From Eledone cirrhosa (taxonomy: Eukaryota): a stretch of DNA of 64,000 bases. Made by a program: the position numbers and the translations under genes. The stretch is from NCBI GenBank assembly GCA_964016885.1, contig OZ024742.1, positions 244,590,001 to 244,654,000 on the forward strand, given 5' to 3'. Shown here in pieces: positions 10,601 to 23,290 of this stretch. How positions within the stretch are numbered: position 1 is the first letter of the stretch; each line of letters starts with the position of its first letter. The notes below the pieces were generated by a model, which ran no database searches, was not told the DNA's origin, and worked only from the letters and a program-made list of their open reading frames with translations.

Positions 10601-13600
10601 TAAATATTATTTAAATTTTTTTCGTTTTTAAAACATTTGATCATATCTAAAGCTGCATAAATTATAATGTGATTTAAAACTTAACACAGAAAGCAAAATT
10701 GATGGATTTAAGAACTAACCCAAATTTGTGAATTTAAATTTTTAAAAAATGTTATTAAAAATATTGAATGGAATAATATTTCAAACAATAGCAGCCAACT
10801 GAAAATTAAATTGAGAAGGAATTTGTATTTTGCTTAAAGAAGAGGTTAGAATTTGTCATTTTTTAAAAAATCGAATGTGTTTTCTTCTTAAATATCCTTA
10901 CATAATAAAAACAGATTAAAAAAAATAGGAAGTCTGGTCACCATTATTGTTTTAATTATAATATTCAGAGGACGGTGGATTGGCAGTATCTGTAGAGGGT
11001 CGGATGCAATGCTTTGCAGCATAGAGTTATGGCCCTTTATGATCTGAGTTCAAATCCTGCCGAGGTTGACTTTGCCTTTCGTCCTTATGGGGTTGATAAA
11101 ATAAAGTACCAGTCACATACTGGGGTCGATTTAATTGATTTTCCTCTTCCCCAAAATTGCTGGCCTTGTGCCTTAATAAGAAACCATTAGTATATTCAGA
11201 AAAATGGTGGTGGATTGACATAATCATTAGAGCATTAGGCAAAATACTTTGCAACTTTTAGTTAGACCTTTTATGTTCAAGAGTTCCCACCAAGGTCAAC
11301 TTTGCCTTTCATCTTTCCCGTTTTGATAAAATAAAGTTCCAATCTTGTACTGGGTTGATTTAATTGGCTTTCCTCACCCACCCCACAAAAATTGTTGGCA
11401 TTGTGCCTAAATTACAAATTATTATTATATTCAGAGAAACATTCAAGCTTCTTTGGAGCTGATATAGGACTACAAGATCTCCATGTATGTCTTTTGATTT
11501 CAGGTGTCTTGAAATCAAAATGTTGCAACTCTATAGAATGTATAATCCATATGGTCTATTTCTCGGATAATAAAGTGGGTGCTTGCATACTGGATATAGT
11601 AATCCAATACACTTTTAGTGATGAGAGCAATCAGTATCTAAATGACTAATTCTGGTTAAAAAAAAAAAAGAGGCAGGATCAAAGGAAAAAAACCTGAAGT
11701 TTTAATTCAATATAGAATACAGTAGACATGTTTCATTTTATCAGCTCTCGTCTGTCAAAGCATAGTCTAACTGTTTTACTGATCTTACAGGCTTTTCATA
11801 TCAATTCCAATGGCCAATCAGGGCTTTTCATATCACCTTTTAAGCTCTCACCTAGCAATTAACCAAAAGTATTTTATATCTGATAGACGAAAAAATTACT
11901 TTCAATAATACACTAAAATTTCATCACATAGAATTTAGAAGAAAAGTAAGTATGACTATTTCAACTTATCTATTTCATTTTTATCTTCCCCTTTTTATTG
12001 TATGTCCTGCCTGATTCTATTTGACTATAAAACTTTGCTATTGACATAACACAGAAACATAAAATAACTATAATTTCCTAAACTATTCTCCTGGTTGTCT
12101 CTGCTTCTTTACTTATATTATAATCCAGCATCGGGGGATTGGCAGTATCAGTAGAGGATCGGACACCATGCTTTGCAACAAAGAGTTACGGTCCTTTATG
12201 GTCTGAGTTCAAATCCCGCCAAGGTTAACTTTGCCTTTCATCCTTACGGGGTCGATAAAATAAAGTACCAGTAATACACTGGGATAATTGCTGGCCTTGT
12301 GCCAAAAGTAGAAATAATTATAATCCAGAAAGGTGATAGATTGGTAGAATCGGTAGAGCATCAGAAGAAATGATTGGAAGTATTTCTTCTGGCTCTTTAT
12401 AGACTGTTTCAATCCCACCAAGGTCTAGTTTACCTTTCATACTTCCAGGGTCAATAAAATAAAGCACCTGTCAAATACTACAATCTATATAATCGATTTA
12501 ACCCATCCCCTAAACTGCTAACCTTGTGTCAAAATTAGAAACCATTATTGATAATCCAGTTGACAGTTATAACTAAAGTCCATACAATGTCATATTTATT
12601 GCTTATGCAAGAATCTCTTGTTTCTTATACATATTTTGGTTTAGGTAAGTAAATTGAAATGCATTCTTCCACTCTTAAAAGTATGACTGGAAAGTGCTCT
12701 GGGTTCACAAGAAAGATTTAAAAATCCCTATCCTTATATTGTAAATGCATGTAGAAAATTAAGCCAATGAATGAGCCACTTACATGGTTACTTAAGCTAC
12801 AGGAAATAGCAGTCAAAAATCTCTCTGAACACACCCTATATAAATGGGCCTGTAACAAAGAGTCATAGGGATGCCGTCATGACATACAGCATTTCTTGGG
12901 CATTTAAAACTTGGTGGAGGCCATCGTCTGTCCAGGTCTGAACACAACTAATTTCTTCCAGAGAGAGACAGCGAAAGAGAATCAAACCCAGTAGTGGACT
13001 GGTACATTTTTTTTACCTCAAAGCATGAAAGGCAAAGTTGACCTTTGCAGAATTTTACTGCCAAGCATTCTATCCAATGTTCTAATACTTCTGTCAATTT
13101 TCTGCCTGATCACACTCTAGCATCTTAAAAAAGAATAGACACATTGCATAAGACATTTTTAGAGTCAGTGTCTCTGAAAATATGGGATGCTCATGGCTAG
13201 AACAACTATGAACAGAATCTTGCTTGATCAATGTGGATCTGGGACTAAATTACATCATAAGCATCACAAAACCCAATTAATCCATTCTCTGTAGTCAGTG
13301 TGTTAATTACCCATTTATTAGGTTGTTATAGGTGGTAAAATAACGAAGTCATTAGAGCATATCATGTGGTATTCATTACATTCTAAGTTCAAACTCTGTT
13401 GAGGTTGACATTGCCTTTCATCCTTTCCAAGTCGATAAAGTACAAGTCCAGGGGTTGTGTTGGACTGCAAAATTGTCAGAGCATCAGATGTGATACCTTG
13501 TGCTATCTTTTGTAGTCCGTTTCCTTCTGAGTTAGCCTGCGATGTCATTGGTACCAAGCTGTATTGTCCCTTACCTTTCCCTTGAATAACATTGGTGGAA

Positions 13601-16009
13601 TGAAAAAGGGAGACTTGCAGGCATTGGTAACTGCTGTGCTTCAACAAAAAAACCTTGCCCAAACCTGCACCTGGGAGATGAACCTTTCCAGGTGCAAATC
13701 ACAGGTTGTATATATACCAGGTTTTTTGCTATAGCAAACTTCAAACCTCACAATCTCTGCCAATATATAAAAAAAAACATATAAACAGCATCTCATAACA
13801 TTCTCATAACATCCTAAAATAATCTTTCTTACTCAGCCCAAAGAAACAAGAAAGAAACACATACATACAGAAATAGCAGCAGCATCAGTAACTTCATTAG
13901 CCCTAACATTGTGCTGGGATGCACAACAACAACAATAAATACAAAGAAACAGCTAGTGCTTTGCTTTAACCAAGTTCACTCTTGTTCTCCTCTGCTGCAA
14001 ACATCACCAGAATCTGTGGTCACACAACAAAAGACTAGAGAGCAGTTACACTACATTCTGTATGATTCATCACAGTATGTTCAAAAGTGGAGTATGGGTC
14101 TCAGCTAGGTAGAAATATAGTATAATGGGAGCAAGAGATCTGTGGATTACACCTAATTATTCAGCAAACTACCTGTGCAATAAGACTGCTCATTCATTGT
14201 TGAACTGGAACTATTCAGCAACAATGGCAACAACATAATTTCTGATGAATAAAATCCATATATATTTAGATATTGCATTCCTATATTCCAATTATATAAA
14301 AGCTATACATTTTTCAAACATATTTTAACTCAGTGGTCCAGTACCTTAATAGATAAGATTTCAGTACTCTATTTTTTTTTTCTGAAATGAGTCATATTTA
14401 ATATAGAGGTGCATTGATTAAACAGATTCAAAATGTCAGAGGATTATCATTAATACAGTAACTTAAACACGCTTTGGAATAAACAAATATTGTTAGCTAA
14501 TCCACTATATTTATTAATACTTAATCCTTTCACAAACTATTGTGGTCAGTAAAGCTAGTATCTTAACTCTGGTGTCTATAATGTTAAGAAAACTGAAAAT
14601 TAAACACCCTTACACAAGATGGTAATCACTAGAAGATAATCTTTCCCACAAGACTGATACTTATTCTCTAGCTAGGTAAGTTGAGGCAACGAGAATTAAG
14701 TTTCTTATAAAACAAAGAGTTAGGGAGACCCTTCAGTTTTGTCGAGGATATGATAGCCTTCTTAGTGTGGGTGATCTACATGATAAATACACCCGGTACA
14801 TGCTGTAAAATGGTTGGTGATAGGAAGGGCATTCAGCCATAGAAAGCTTGCCAAACAAAGAGGAGAAGGACCCTTCAGTTGTGTCAAAGACATGACAACC
14901 TCTCCTGTGCACATGGTAGAAATTGAGACTGTGTGTAAGCGAGATGCAGATCCCTAGCCTGTCTGGGAAGTCAGTAGCCCTACTTCAGTACTGACTTAGT
15001 CTATGTAGACCCTTAGCAAGAAAAGCAGATGTTAAAACGACAGGATAAGATAATGAACTCATGGTTCATTACCTTATCCATTCAGTTGTTTCTTCTCTAC
15101 ACAATAGTAATTATTGAAAACTTACTACTTCTGAGTGTTTTAGAAAGACTAAATAAATGAAATAACCAATGTGTTGTCTAATTGTTTCATATTACTATGG
15201 TAACTGTTGTATTAACTTTAATTATATAACAGTTAACAAGTTTATTGATAATAAGAATGAGACTAGTATATAATGCTAATAGTAAAGTGTTATATTTAAA
15301 GTAGAATCATATTTGATATACAATACACCTAGATTACATAATATTGAGTATTGTCGATGCCATGGTCTGGCAGTTTTCTTAGCTAAACTGCATTGTAACT
15401 TAGATTTCATTCTCCTACTTCACTAAATACTTTGTGAAAGACAATCTTTATAACTTCCCAGTTTTCCTCTCCAATAAATGTGAAGATTTATAACTATGAA
15501 TACAAAAATAACTGCAACATAAAATTGAATTATTTTCATTTAAAATAGTCTTACAAGGATTCATCAAAACTAAACTTAATTGCTTTTTTAACATATATTT
15601 TTCGTTTTGTTTTGTTGTTGTTTATCTAAACATAACTTTAGTCAATATCACTTAAACAATAATAATTTATCAATGAAGCCCTATTATGTAAACATTTAAT
15701 AAATGTTGTTGAGTAAAAGCTAGTTGAATAGCTACAATGCCAGGCTCAAACATTAACAATGAAGTGAGTTCATAAGATTAGATAGATTTGTAATATCCTG
15801 GAAAGAAAAGGAATCTAATGTTTTGGGAGTGACCCCAAAGTTTGTGTCTGTAGTTTTGTTGGTGTAGGAAACTAATCATAGAAAATAAAACGTAGGAGTG
15901 AGAGGAAATCTGAAGTATAGTTAAGTATGATGCACTAACTGGCACAATTAGCCAAACACATAACATGGAATGAATAGAAGTAAACATACACACATATGTA
16001 CACCAGGTC

Positions 16010-16300
16010 TGAACATGGAGGAACAGAACTCCCACTGTCATCATCTGTCTCTCTCACCCTCCCCATCTCTCACTATTATTTGCAAATGGGGTCCCACACA
16101 CTGGCAGACAGTATGGAGAAGGCGTTTCCACTGGGGAATGGTGAGGGAGATGCGCTGGAAGAGCCATTCCATCTTGTGAGGCTCACCTGCGGCTAGCCAG
16201 CTCAACACGTATGGTGGTGAGTAGTGAGGTAGCCCTAGGGCCAAGGACACCAGAAGTTTCCACTGCTATGGGCTCAACTGCAAAACTATTTGAGAGTTAG
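16010..16300 (-). mobile_element. Second CRE-like RLE fragment
   Basis: Paralogous to 6270-6578 (shared GGGAGATGCGCTGGAAGAGCCATTCCATCT). It translates to EPHKMEWLFQRISLTIPQ. Confidence 0.75.
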
Positions 16301-16399
16301 TGTCTTATCAGTGGAACTGCATTGTAAGACTGGCTAATTTACTTAGTTTGCAAAGTATTTTGCTATAAATAGGTATCATAATGAGAAGGAAATGGTTGT

Positions 16400-16945
16400 T
16401 AATGTGGTTAATCAAGTCTCTCATAGTATATACATACAGGCACACCTGAAGAGTAACTGGCAACATATAAAACTCTTCCACAGTCTCCCTCAAAAGACTC
16501 TAGTAGACTGCACCTACACGTTCAGCCTAGATGTATGGTCTGTGTATAGCAGCATAATACCAGCAGAGGCTACACAAACAGGGCAACAATGCCTGGAACA
16601 AAAGGACAAAAACATGCAGCAGAATTCCCATCAACAAACTTCAGGGCAAAGTATACAGAGGTGGTAGCGAGTAAGGTGTGAGCCCACAGAGAGCTTAGCC
16701 ACAGACGGTTTGCAGATCAGCCCTACAAGTTTGTGGTATTCTCAGAAACCCATAGATAAAGGACCATCAAATTAGTTACCAAAGCAGTAGAAGTTGCTTT
16801 TAGGTAACTGTGGATCAAGAAAGTTAAGTTGTAGATTGGACAGCTTTACCACCTGGACACAAGCTTGGTCACCCAATTGAGGTTGTCTGATATTAGAATA
16901 CCTGAAACACCTACTGGCCCCTAGTATTATCAATGATGATGTGTC
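16400..16945 (+). mobile_element. Hero-like (RLE-type) non-LTR retrotransposon 3' fragment
   Basis: Decayed CEP.E....GF ... RTIKLVTKAVEVA..LWIKK, followed by a 3' UTR (CACCTGGACACAAGC...GTCTGAT...TGAAACACC...TGATGATGTGTC) that resembles Hero elements as I recall them. Confidence 0.55.
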
Positions 16946-17400
16946 AGGAGTATCACCTCCTCCTCCTCATCTTCTTCGCCTTCCCTTCTTCTTTTTCTCC
17001 TCCTCCACTCCTCTTCTTCTTTTTCTTCTTCTCCAACTCCTCTTCGTCTCCTCCTCTTCTTCTTTTCTTCTATATATGGTGCAACCCATGCTAGCATGGA
17101 AAGCAGACTTATGATGATGATGATGATGATGATGATCTTCTCCAACTCATGCCAGCATGGGAACTAGACATAAGATTATGATAATGATGATATGTAAGCA
17201 AGTATGATCACATTTTTAAGCAGCAAAAGAAAATGTACCATCTAGAATTTCTGAAGCTAGAAGCTGTTTAGATCACATCAAAACTCATAACTATCAAATA
17301 CACAGACTGAAGTAGAATTTTTACTGAAACTGTCTTAATGGAGATAGTGAACAAACTCTTAGCTGAATGTTAACTCTGTCATTGCTTCTCACATTAATGT

Positions 17401-17852
17401 TTAACCCTTTAACATTCACATTACTCTATATTTACTAATGTATTTTCTTGGTAAAGGCTTTATAATAATTGTTTCTACTTTTGGCACAAGGCCAGCAATT
17501 ACCCAGTGCATTACTGGTACTTTATTTTATCGACCCCGTAAGGATGAAAGGCAAATTAACCTTGGCGGGATTTGAACTCAGAATGGCAAGGGCCGTAACT
17601 CTCTGCGTCAAAGCATGGCATCCAACCCTCTAATAATAATAATAATGATAATGAAATTATTGTGTACAGTGTGCAGGTGCACTACAACTCCTCAAAGGTG
17701 CATGTATAGTACATAGAATTTAGGAGATTTTTATATTTATTTTGAGAACAATACCTTAACATAAGTATGAGTGGCCAGTTACAGCCAGTTTGAACTGAAA
17801 GGAGTGAGAGAATTCTGGCCAGATACGACCAGTTTAAATGCTAAAGGGTTAA
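17401..17852 (+). mobile_element. piggyBac-type MITE with a nested SINE A (-) and CR1 3' tail (-)
   Basis: TTAA-flanked termini. The interior is interrupted by SINE A (~17465-17630) and the CR1 tail (~17631-17720). Confidence 0.85.
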
Positions 17853-19894
17853 AGGACTATATTTTTAAGGTGAAATAGCTAATAACTAAATGACCAAAGT
17901 ATTTTCAAAACTCTGTCACTAACATTATATAATTGTTGTTAATGATTAAGAGGTCAAAGTCAGAGCCGTTAGCCATTGTTTTAACTATGAGCAGGTATTT
18001 CTGCAGCATATGTTTCACCTCTACAGGGGAGGAGTGAATATTGTACTGCCTACACTCATAAGAAAGAAAAAATTACTATAATAAAGTTTTATATTTTCTG
18101 CATCAATTCATGTATTCTCCTGACTCCCACCTCGATTACAAAAGCTGAATCAAATATTTGCCCAGTAATTGTTATCATTGCAATAAAATTCCATTCAGCT
18201 AAACTCAAACAGGCCTATCAAATAAACATTTAGGAATGATCTATAGATACATCATAAAAGACAGCCTGTTTTAGTCTGACCTGAAACAACACTGCACACT
18301 GTTAGACAATATTTTATTGTGTTGGGTGGAATAGAGTCATCAGACTTGAGCCATCAACCTTCCATGAATCTAGTTTACTGTCTAGCATGTTTAAGTCTGT
18401 TTGAAGGTTTTATTAATGGTGGCAATAGAAACTGGCAATGAGATCTTAGCTAATATAGAATAACTGTGATTCTTGGAGATTTATAATTATATGTAGTTTT
18501 TGGTAAAACAAGATAAAATTTCCTGTTTATAAGTGGGTCAAAATAGGGTGGAGGAGGAGGGGGAAGAGAGCTGAGTAGGGCGGGTGAAAAGGAAATTCAG
18601 CTAGCAAAGGTTATCTAGCTCAGAAAAACAGGTTATTGCAATGGTGATAGAAGTGACTGGGAGAAGAAATAGCAGTTCTGGAACTAACAATTGAAGTTAG
18701 TTTGTGAATGAATCTTCACTGGTGAATTGAATAAGCCTTCTGTTAGATTCAATCTAGAATGTTACTGTTTGAGTGTAGCAGCAACAGTATTCCAAAAATG
18801 TGAGCTGTACTTATAAGGCATTTACTCAAGCTGAGCTATTTTCTGGTCCTTAAAAAATTCCTGATCTTTGTGATGTAGTTTTGGAAATGTTACATTGAAA
18901 GATCATCAGATTATGTATCAAATATTTACAGTGTCATTGAAGATTTTTATTGTATGATGTTTATGTGTAGTGAGATGTATGTACATGACTGTTTTGGGGA
19001 TATATGTTGTGATGTGCCTTTGTTTTGTTGAAAGAGGTGAGGTTGTTATATCCCCATTAACCTTTTACCATTTAAACTGGCTGTGTCCAGCCAGAATTCT
19101 TTTACCTCTTTCTGTTCAAACCAGCCATAACTGGCCCTTTATACCAACTTTAAGGTATTATTCTCAAAATAAATAATATCAAAATCTCATAGATTCAATA
19201 CCATGTGAAATAATTATGTGAGATAAAGCCTTTACCGTGAAAATATAATAGTATATATATAGAGTAATGTAAATGCTAAAGGGTTAAAGACTACTCTTAA
19301 GCTCTCTGGAATAATGCAGGTCTTCTGAGAGAAATTTAGGTTACATCAGGATGACTTCTATTCAAGAAAGAATAAAGGATAGTTTCATTTGTTAGAATAT
19401 AAATTTCTAATAGTGACAACAAATAGGTTGCTAATATACAGAAAAAAGAACTTCAGAGACATAACTAAACTTAGAATACACCAGTATTGATAGAGACATC
19501 CTTGTCAGCGCATGCAGTAATGGTATAATCTGAGAAATGAGAAATGGATAGAGACCATAGTCAGGAAACTTAACAATGAGGTTTTTTATGTAAAATACCA
19601 TGAAAGGCTTTGACAATATTAAGCACAACTACATTCATTATCATCATCATCACCATTGATTTACATCTGCTATTCCATGTGGTTATGGGTTGGGTGGGTT
19701 CTTTCCAGCACAGCATCTCTCCGATTGTCTTGGATATTTGTCATTTTGACTGCGAGCTTCAGTGATTTGAGATCAGCTCAGACAACCTCTACCCATGACT
19801 TCCTTGGTCTCCCTCTATCACAGCTCCCTTCTACTGTTTTTTTTTTTGGGGGGGGGCTCTTCTTTACTCAGTACTCATCATCCATACACATCAC

Positions 19895-20253
19895 CTTTTT
19901 GATCTCCATGTGTCTAACACACGTGGACATGCCTACAAAATCAGAAAACAGCACAGCTCCCATGACTTTCGTAAACATTTTTTCACGCTCTGAGTTGCTG
20001 AAGCATGGAACAAACTGCCTGCGTCAGTTGTTAGCTGCCGAGACACTGCATCCTTTAAAACCCTCATGCTTCCCGAAATACGCCAAAACTACACCTGATG
20101 TACCCCTTCCATACACATGCACACATGTATATATCATGACTCATGCACTGTTCATTTTCCTGACGTTTGTACATTACCCTATGTACTATACATACACTTT
20201 TTGATGAGTTGTAGTGCACCTGAGCACTATACACAATATTTCATTATTATTAT
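19895..20253 (+). mobile_element. CR1 LINE 3' fragment
   Basis: Translates (one frameshift) to SNTRGHAYKIRKQHSSHDFRKHFF..VAEAWNKLPASVV, the CR1 TRGH...WNxLP hallmark. It ends in (ATT)n and is flanked by CACATCAC/CACATGAC, a possible TSD. Confidence 0.85.
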
Positions 20254-21260
20254 CACATGACTATACTAGTGCAATCTTCTCTCCTGCACACTACATCTAA
20301 TACCTCTTATACCCAGCCTCTCTCTCAGCTGATTTGTGCTTTGCCTTTCACATTGCATAGCCATCAACACATCCTTGTTTCATTTCTCTCCAGCCTTTGC
20401 ATATCCTTTGCATTCACTACCCATAACTCACTACTATGCAGCATTGCACTCCACACGCACACATCTTACAGCCAGCCTTTCTTTCATAGAGAGAAACGTT
20501 TTGTTGTAAACAAAGGTAGCAGTTTTCTGAACGTTTGCCATATTATTCTTTCTGCTAGCTGTTATGCTCTCTGTGCAGCTTCATCCCCAACTAATTTTAT
20601 CACCTAGGTAACAGAAGCTATCAACTACTTGAATGAAATCTTCCTGGGATTGTAAAAGATATATTTTACATGTACTTGTACAAACTATCCCTGTGCTACA
20701 TAAAGTTTACCTTTTCTGTTAGCCTCCCTATAAAACCACTACACACCTTGTGTATCCAAGATTTACATTTGTACATTATATAAAGTTACTACCTACTCCT
20801 TTATTACTTATTGAGCAGGGCCACTTTCCTGATGAAACCAGGATCTTGTCTTGTTTCCTGCTTACCAGAACTTTAGTTTTTCCCAAGTTTACTGTAAGCC
20901 ATTTTGATTCTGTTTCCAAAGCCAGAATTTCTTCTCTAGGTCTTCCACAGATTTGGCGATTAGAACCATGTCGTCAACATACAGGAGTTCCCATGGATAA
21001 CCTGTCTTAACTCCTCTGTTATGACCCACAGAACTTTGATAAACAGGAATGGTCTGCGGACAGAATTTGGATGAACAACTACTTGCACATTGAATTCCTT
21101 ACTAAACTCATTTCCTACTCTCACTTTACTAACAGCTCCTCGGTTCATAGCTTGCACTGCTTTTGTAAGTTATTCTTCTGTGTCTAGTTTCCTTAAGAAC
21201 CACCAGATGACAGATTGAGGTACTCTGCCAAAAGCATTCTCTAGATCAACAAAAGCTAAA

Positions 21261-21635
21261 TCATCATCATCATCATCGTTTAATGTCCATTTTCCACGCT
21301 AGCATGGGTTAGACGAGTTGTCCCATTAGAGGCAAGTTGGGTCAGGTGACCATGTCTTGCTCATATAGAACTGTTTCTGGCTAGATTTTTATAGCTGGAT
21401 GCCCTTCCTAACGCCAACCACATTTACAGTGTGTGCTGGGTGCTTTTTGTCATGACTCCTACATGACCACTTTATAGTGTGGGCAGGGTGCTTTTTGTCA
21501 TGACACCTATACGACCACTTTACAGTGTGGACTGGGTGCTTTTTGTCGTGACACCCACACAACCACTTTATAGTGTAGGCTGGGTGCTTTTAGTCATGAC
21601 ACCCACTCAACCATTTTATAGTGTGGACTGGATGC
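21261..21635 (-). mobile_element. Non-autonomous RTE-related element with internal ~43-bp tandem units
   Basis: (CAT)n tail, GCTGGATGCCCTTCCT motif and repeated ACCACTTTACAGTGTGGACTGGGTGCTTTTTGTC units. Similar arrays occur at 26760-27110, 30330-30675 and 62960-63295. Confidence 0.7.
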
Positions 21636-22479
21636 ATTAGTTTATTCTTAGCTAGAAATTTCTCTTGTAGTTATCTCACTAAGAAGACAGCATGTGTAGT
21701 ACTTCTCACTGGTACAAAACCAAACCGCATCTCATCTAATTTGACTCCCAAATTAGTTGTGCTAAGACTCTTTCTGTCACTTACATTACTTGGTTCATTA
21801 GTTTTCAATTTTGATAGCTGGTCCCTCTGTTGGGTTAGCTGGAGGTATTCTCTCTTCCTCCCACTTATTCTCCACAATCTTCAAACCTCTCATAATAGCA
21901 TTTCCAGGCCTCTTTTGTCTTTAGTCATCTGTGATGCTGATTGTGCTGGTGTCATTTTGTACACACTTTTACCCTATGACATCCTCGTTATCACGGACAC
22001 ACTGCTTAGCGATCTGGAACACTTCACATCCCTGATTCTCACATCACAAGACATTTGTGCACCTCCTGCTTTCAGCTTCTCTGCCTGCTATGTATACCTG
22101 TCGTCTAGCTTCTCTTTTAGCTACTTGATATCGATCTTTCCATACCAGTCCCATTCCTTTAACAATTCTATCCACAGTGTTGTTCCACCACCTGGTCACC
22201 CTCTGTCTGTCTAGAGCTTTACTCCAGCCATGTATCTCATCAGTAGCATGTAGTAGGTTGTCTCATAGAACATTTCAATTGTCCTCTTTGTCATATATAC
22301 CTGACTCCATCCTCTTGTCATCATATGCATCATATAGAGTTTTCCTAAACCTATATTTAACAGTCAGGTCCTTTAGCTGCCATACTCCATATTTTCCTGC
22401 ATGTCTAGTTCTGTATCATTCTTATTCTGATATCAGTAGCGACTAATTTATTTTATATTTTGCCTTCACTAAAGTTCTC

Positions 22480-23290
22480 AAGTCCATAGAACCACTGGTG
22501 AGTGATATAAAAGAGCAAAATCCAAACTGAGTGTAGTGCCCTAAATATACCACAGAATACCAGCAATAGATTTGAACTAAACATCTCTACCCTGCTTCAG
22601 TTTAACTCCACTCACATGAAAAATGCACTGTACAGGCTTTCTTGAGATAATGAGTGTCTTTGGAACACTGATTTTCATTCCTGCCATGTAGCATCCAGCT
22701 GCAAACCTATCCAATGCACGCTGGGGATCACCTGCCGAGTTAAGTAGTACCATGTTATCTGCAAATTTCAGCCAACTGACCTTACACCAACCAATTTTGA
22801 TACCACTTCCAACTCGGCTGCACATGTCAATCCTGTTCATCAAGATAGGGGAGGTGAAAATATGTACCCTTGGCGAAGCCCAACACCAATGGTTTTGACT
22901 TAGCACTGTTCATTTGAACACAAATACTTGGGCATTTGTATAAGGACTTCACGGCAATGAGAAGCTGCCCATTGATCCCATACCTGCAGGACCTTCCATA
23001 ACAAGTTCCATGGAACATGGTCATATGCCATTTTCAAGGTCCTCTTAGCAATACTCCCATGATTTCTCAAAGACCTGCCACAGAGTGAATATTTGGTTGG
23101 CTGTGCTACGTCTGGGAGTGAAAACCATACTGTCAGCTAACTTAGACACAACAATATCCCTACATCTTTTTGCCAGACACTTAGCATAGACTTTACTGTG
23201 GAAGGCTAATAAGGAGATTCCTCTATAATTGGAACAATTTCTCTTGTCTTTTTTGGAAAATTAGGAATACCAACCCCAGTTGCCTTTCAG
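22480..23290 (-). mobile_element. Decayed RTE LINE RT fragment (second family)
   Basis: LKFADNMVLL..QRALDRFAAGCYMAGMKISVPKT, YGINGQLLIAVKSLY and an upstream NYRGISLL motif. Confidence 0.8.

Larger units (their letters stand above)
19640..22440 (-). mobile_element. Decayed RTE LINE interrupted by a CR1 fragment and a SINE-like element
   Basis: Minus-strand RT-region remnants: VSKVRVGNEFSKEFNVQVVVHP, KLDEMRFGFVPVRSTTHAVFLVR, AFVDLENAF and QCVRDNEDV. Related to the element at 27.8-30.2 kb. Confidence 0.75.

Noticed and set aside
15070-15110. Possible 24-nt minus-strand micro-exon (EETTEWI, PH-domain-like)
   Set aside because: It is too short, has a weak acceptor, and has no supporting neighbouring exons.
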